A DNA stretch of 31,155 bases from Myxococcota bacterium (GTDB lineage: Bacteria > Myxococcota > XYA12-FULL-58-9 > JABJBS01). Under the pieces are notes generated by a model. That model worked only from the letters and a program-made list of their open reading frames with translations. It was not told the origin of the DNA and did no database searches. This document shows, in pieces, positions 28,734 to 31,155 of the stretch. Location of the stretch: assembly GCA_036339465.1 (NCBI GenBank), contig JAYZAY010000050.1:1-31155 (forward strand). The letters run 5' to 3'. A program made the position numbers and the translations under genes. Each line of letters starts with the position of its first letter. Position 1 is the first letter of the stretch.

Positions 28734-29137
28734 CGTTGAATTTTGAGATTCTCCCCTATCTCTCTTGTTTTAATTTAGGAATATTTTATCAGCAACAGAG
28801 AAATTCCGCAAAGTATCCACCGAACTTTGGATGCTGAAGCAAGTTATTGTTTGGGTTATAGATTGTAGACCTCGCCATTGCCCGGCGAAAAACGCAAATC
28901 CAACAAGACTTGTTCTCTTACATAAATACTTGAACATCCAAGGGTCGCCGGAGGTGCATTCAGACTAGACGCCAACTCCATGCTTCATCCTGTGATCTTA
29001 GTCTTCTACAGCGATGAGCGGTTGGCTCTAAACCACAACATATACTATGCATAAATCAGCACCGTCATAGCGATTGTTGGTGGTTGGTCCCTTCTTTGTT
29101 CCGGGGAGGTTAGCGTGCGGGTTCTGGGACTCTTTAG

Positions 29138-29602
29138 AAACGATTTTATTTCCTCCTTATTTGTGATGGCATTGATAATGATTGTGATTTCCACCAAACT
29201 ATCCATGAGGGAGTTGCAGGAACCGGAATGTCTTGTCCTGCCTCCAGCTGCATGGATATCTTAAAAGGCCACAATCCACCAGGAAGTGGCTATTTTTGGA
29301 TGGGCTTTACTGATACGAAAACCCAAAACCTCTATTTCGATGATTTCAATACAGACACGAAGAAAAAACACAGTAAACTTTATAGTTCGAGCTTGGGCAC
29401 CGGAAGTGTTCAATGGAATATCGGAACTTCTCATATTCGGATTCTAATCTCGATGGGTTTCTTCCTAAGGTTGGTTCCTTCCGAACTCTCTTTAAACCCA
29501 TCATCAGTCTATGTGGAAGTTGGGGTCGATTGGGGAAGTGCTGACTGGTTCAACGATGCTAAGGGACCCATGATCCGAGCTTCCGATGGTTCAATTCTCT
29601 GA
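29138..29602 (+). pseudogene. Fragment of a MopE-type repeat / fibrinogen-like secreted protein
   Basis: In frame upstream of ORF 29228 the sequence reads ICDGIDNDCDFHQTIHEG, followed by CPASSCMDIL...SGYFW. The frame opens after TAG 29135-37 with no ATG before the motif. Confidence 0.55.
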
Positions 29603-29725
29603 GTAACGTACTCAAATCAATTTGGGCATCGCCAACGCCTGAATACTTAAATAATGAGTGCGGCATAAAGATTCAAGAAAGGGATTCACAAAAAAACAAA
29701 ACGATTTAATGACAACACCCTACAC

Positions 29726-30829
29726 CTACACAACTTCTTCGATATGAAAATCCCGATAAAAAAGATTTCTATCTTGCCTATAAAGGAACTGGGACAAGTC
29801 CTCACACCGTTTGAGTTTTGGGGCCAAACTTTCCGTCCGGTGCCGCGGTACTAAGAGATTCCAATAAGCAATACGACCACCGGAACGGAATTTATCGGCC
29901 AGCACCCCAAGGATATCGGTTGTTTGTTCTTCGGAGAGATACTCAAATAGGTCAGAGAGATTCGCCTTATTAAAATAACCCTTGGGATGGTGGCGAACAG
30001 GCTGGTCAATGGGAACCATCTCCACACTGAAACGTGGTAAGAGCGAACGTAATTTTTCGTAATTTTCAGCTTTAAGATAAGGGGGAACCGTTTCCAGATC
30101 CACATACCCTCCCAAGTAGAATTGGTGCATGTAAAAATTGCTACGCATGGGGAGGGTCGTGGAGATGGTTTTCATCCGATTAAAAAAGTATTCTCCGACT
30201 TCTTCCATCGTAACGAATTTGAATTGTGCCGGATCACGACCCTCCTGGGCGATTCTATCAGGCCCCGTGTATTGAATAAAAGTAGGGAGGAATTTTGGGT
30301 GGGCAATGAGTTCCTCAAAAGCCACGGCCTGTTTAGCGGGATCGTTCATTCGGCAAAATGCATTCAGGGCATCGGAATCAACAAATTTGTCGAAGCAGAT
30401 GGTACGAAGGTTCTTAAAGTATTGCTCCAGACGGCCATGATTCACCAGGCCAGTTTCAAGAATATGGGTCTGATTGTCCCAAAATGCTTGTGCATAATCG
30501 GGGAGTTTGGCTTTGATTTGTTTGTAAAGTTCAACAGCGCTTTTGTCTGTTTTAAGTCCAAGTAAGCTCAGAAAGTCATCGTGCTCAAATTCTTGAATCG
30601 CGGCGAGTTTCAATTCAATAAGAGAGGTTTGGGCGGGGTTGAGGTCCACAGCGACCACGGTTTGGGGTTCCTCAAGGAGAAGAGCAAAGGCATTGTCCCC
30701 CGCGCTTCCGATGGAGAGAATCCTATCGTCGGGTTGGATGTTCAGCCCTTTCTCTAGAAGGTTGGAATCCTCCCAAACCTGGGCATACCGTATCACGCCG
30801 TCCTTGAGGACCTCTTCTATCTCTCGCAT
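29726..30829 (-). CDS. DUF3419 family protein (BtaA-like SAM:diacylglycerol 3-amino-3-carboxypropyltransferase)
   Basis: YAQVWED, LSIGSAGDN, VDLNPAQTSLIELK, GRLEQYF, PPYL, LSDLFEY, GGRIAYWN, DRNLFY. Confidence 0.85.
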   Translation of the reverse strand: MREIEEVLKDGVIRYAQVWEDSNLLEKGLNIQPDDRILSIGSAGDNAFALLLEEPQTVVAVDLNPAQTSLIELKLAAIQEFEHDDFLSLLGLKTDKSAVELYKQIKAKLPDYAQAFWDNQTHILETGLVNHGRLEQYFKNLRTICFDKFVDSDALNAFCRMNDPAKQAVAFEELIAHPKFLPTFIQYTGPDRIAQEGRDPAQFKFVTMEEVGEYFFNRMKTISTTLPMRSNFYMHQFYLGGYVDLETVPPYLKAENYEKLRSLLPRFSVEMVPIDQPVRHHPKGYFNKANLSDLFEYLSEEQTTDILGVLADKFRSGGRIAYWNLLVPRHRTESLAPKLKRCEDLSQFLYRQDRNLFYRDFHIEEVV

Positions 30830-30940
30830 AGCAGAAGTGTATACGGAGATGGAGCTACGAACCAGTAATGTTGCTTAAGGCGCTGCTTTTGTGAAACTCA
30901 ATTCCGGTGGGTGGTTGTTATGGAACGTGAATCCTTCGAT

Positions 30941-31155
30941 TGAGGTGTCTCGGGCTAAAAAAACAAGGCAGGGGGAATTTTCTCGTGATTTTGGTGCCAA
31001 AAAAAGGTCGCCCGAACGTCTGATGCGGAAAATGGGCCTTGAAGCGATCCATCCTAAGCCTCGCACTTCTGTGCCCCAAAGTAACCATGAGAAGTATCCG
31101 TATCTACTCAAAGGTTTGAAAATAGAACGTCCCAACCAGGTGTGGTCGACAGACA
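30941..31155 (+). mobile_element. IS3-family transposase OrfB fragment, running off the window end
   Basis: From 31017: RLMRKMGLEAIHPKPRTSVPQSNHEKYPYLLKGLKIERPNQVWSTD, typical of IS3 OrfB. The left boundary (TGAGGTG.. at 30941) is tentative. Confidence 0.85.

Overview
Bacterial chromosomal window of about 50% GC, standard code 11. The gene content (MopE-type CDGxDNDCD motif remnant, caleosin, somatomedin-B-like remnant) suggests a deltaproteobacterial/Myxococcota-like organism, but that is inference. Ordinary genes: SAM methyltransferase, pirin, lipoprotein FKBP, a DUF3526-type ABC exporter trio, a response regulator, cmoA/cmoB, an ureidoglycolate lyase-like gene, nhaA, a DTW (TapT-like) acp transferase, truC, a saccharopine dehydrogenase-family enzyme, an MMPL/RND transporter and a DUF3419/BtaA-like gene. 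There are also several pseudogenes, two IS3 remnants and three short tandem-repeat loci. Main discovery: the ORF called at 12001..12906 extends in frame to an ATG at 11827 that is coupled to an upstream HMA-thioredoxin fusion gene. The extension encodes a signal peptide followed by T-UGA-T-A-UGA (a UxxU motif) and a bacterial SECIS-like hairpin. This points to a hidden double-selenocysteine, His-rich outer-membrane protein in a probable metal/redox-handling operon. Second: a ~1 kb gene-free region (19.5-20.5 kb) carries five perfect DnaA boxes plus near-matches, several arranged in 12-bp-phased tandems, with no dnaA nearby (candidate oriC or DnaA-titration locus). Third: a complete-looking sigma54 promoter (palindromic UAS, IHF site, -24/-12) drives a 58-aa membrane peptide.
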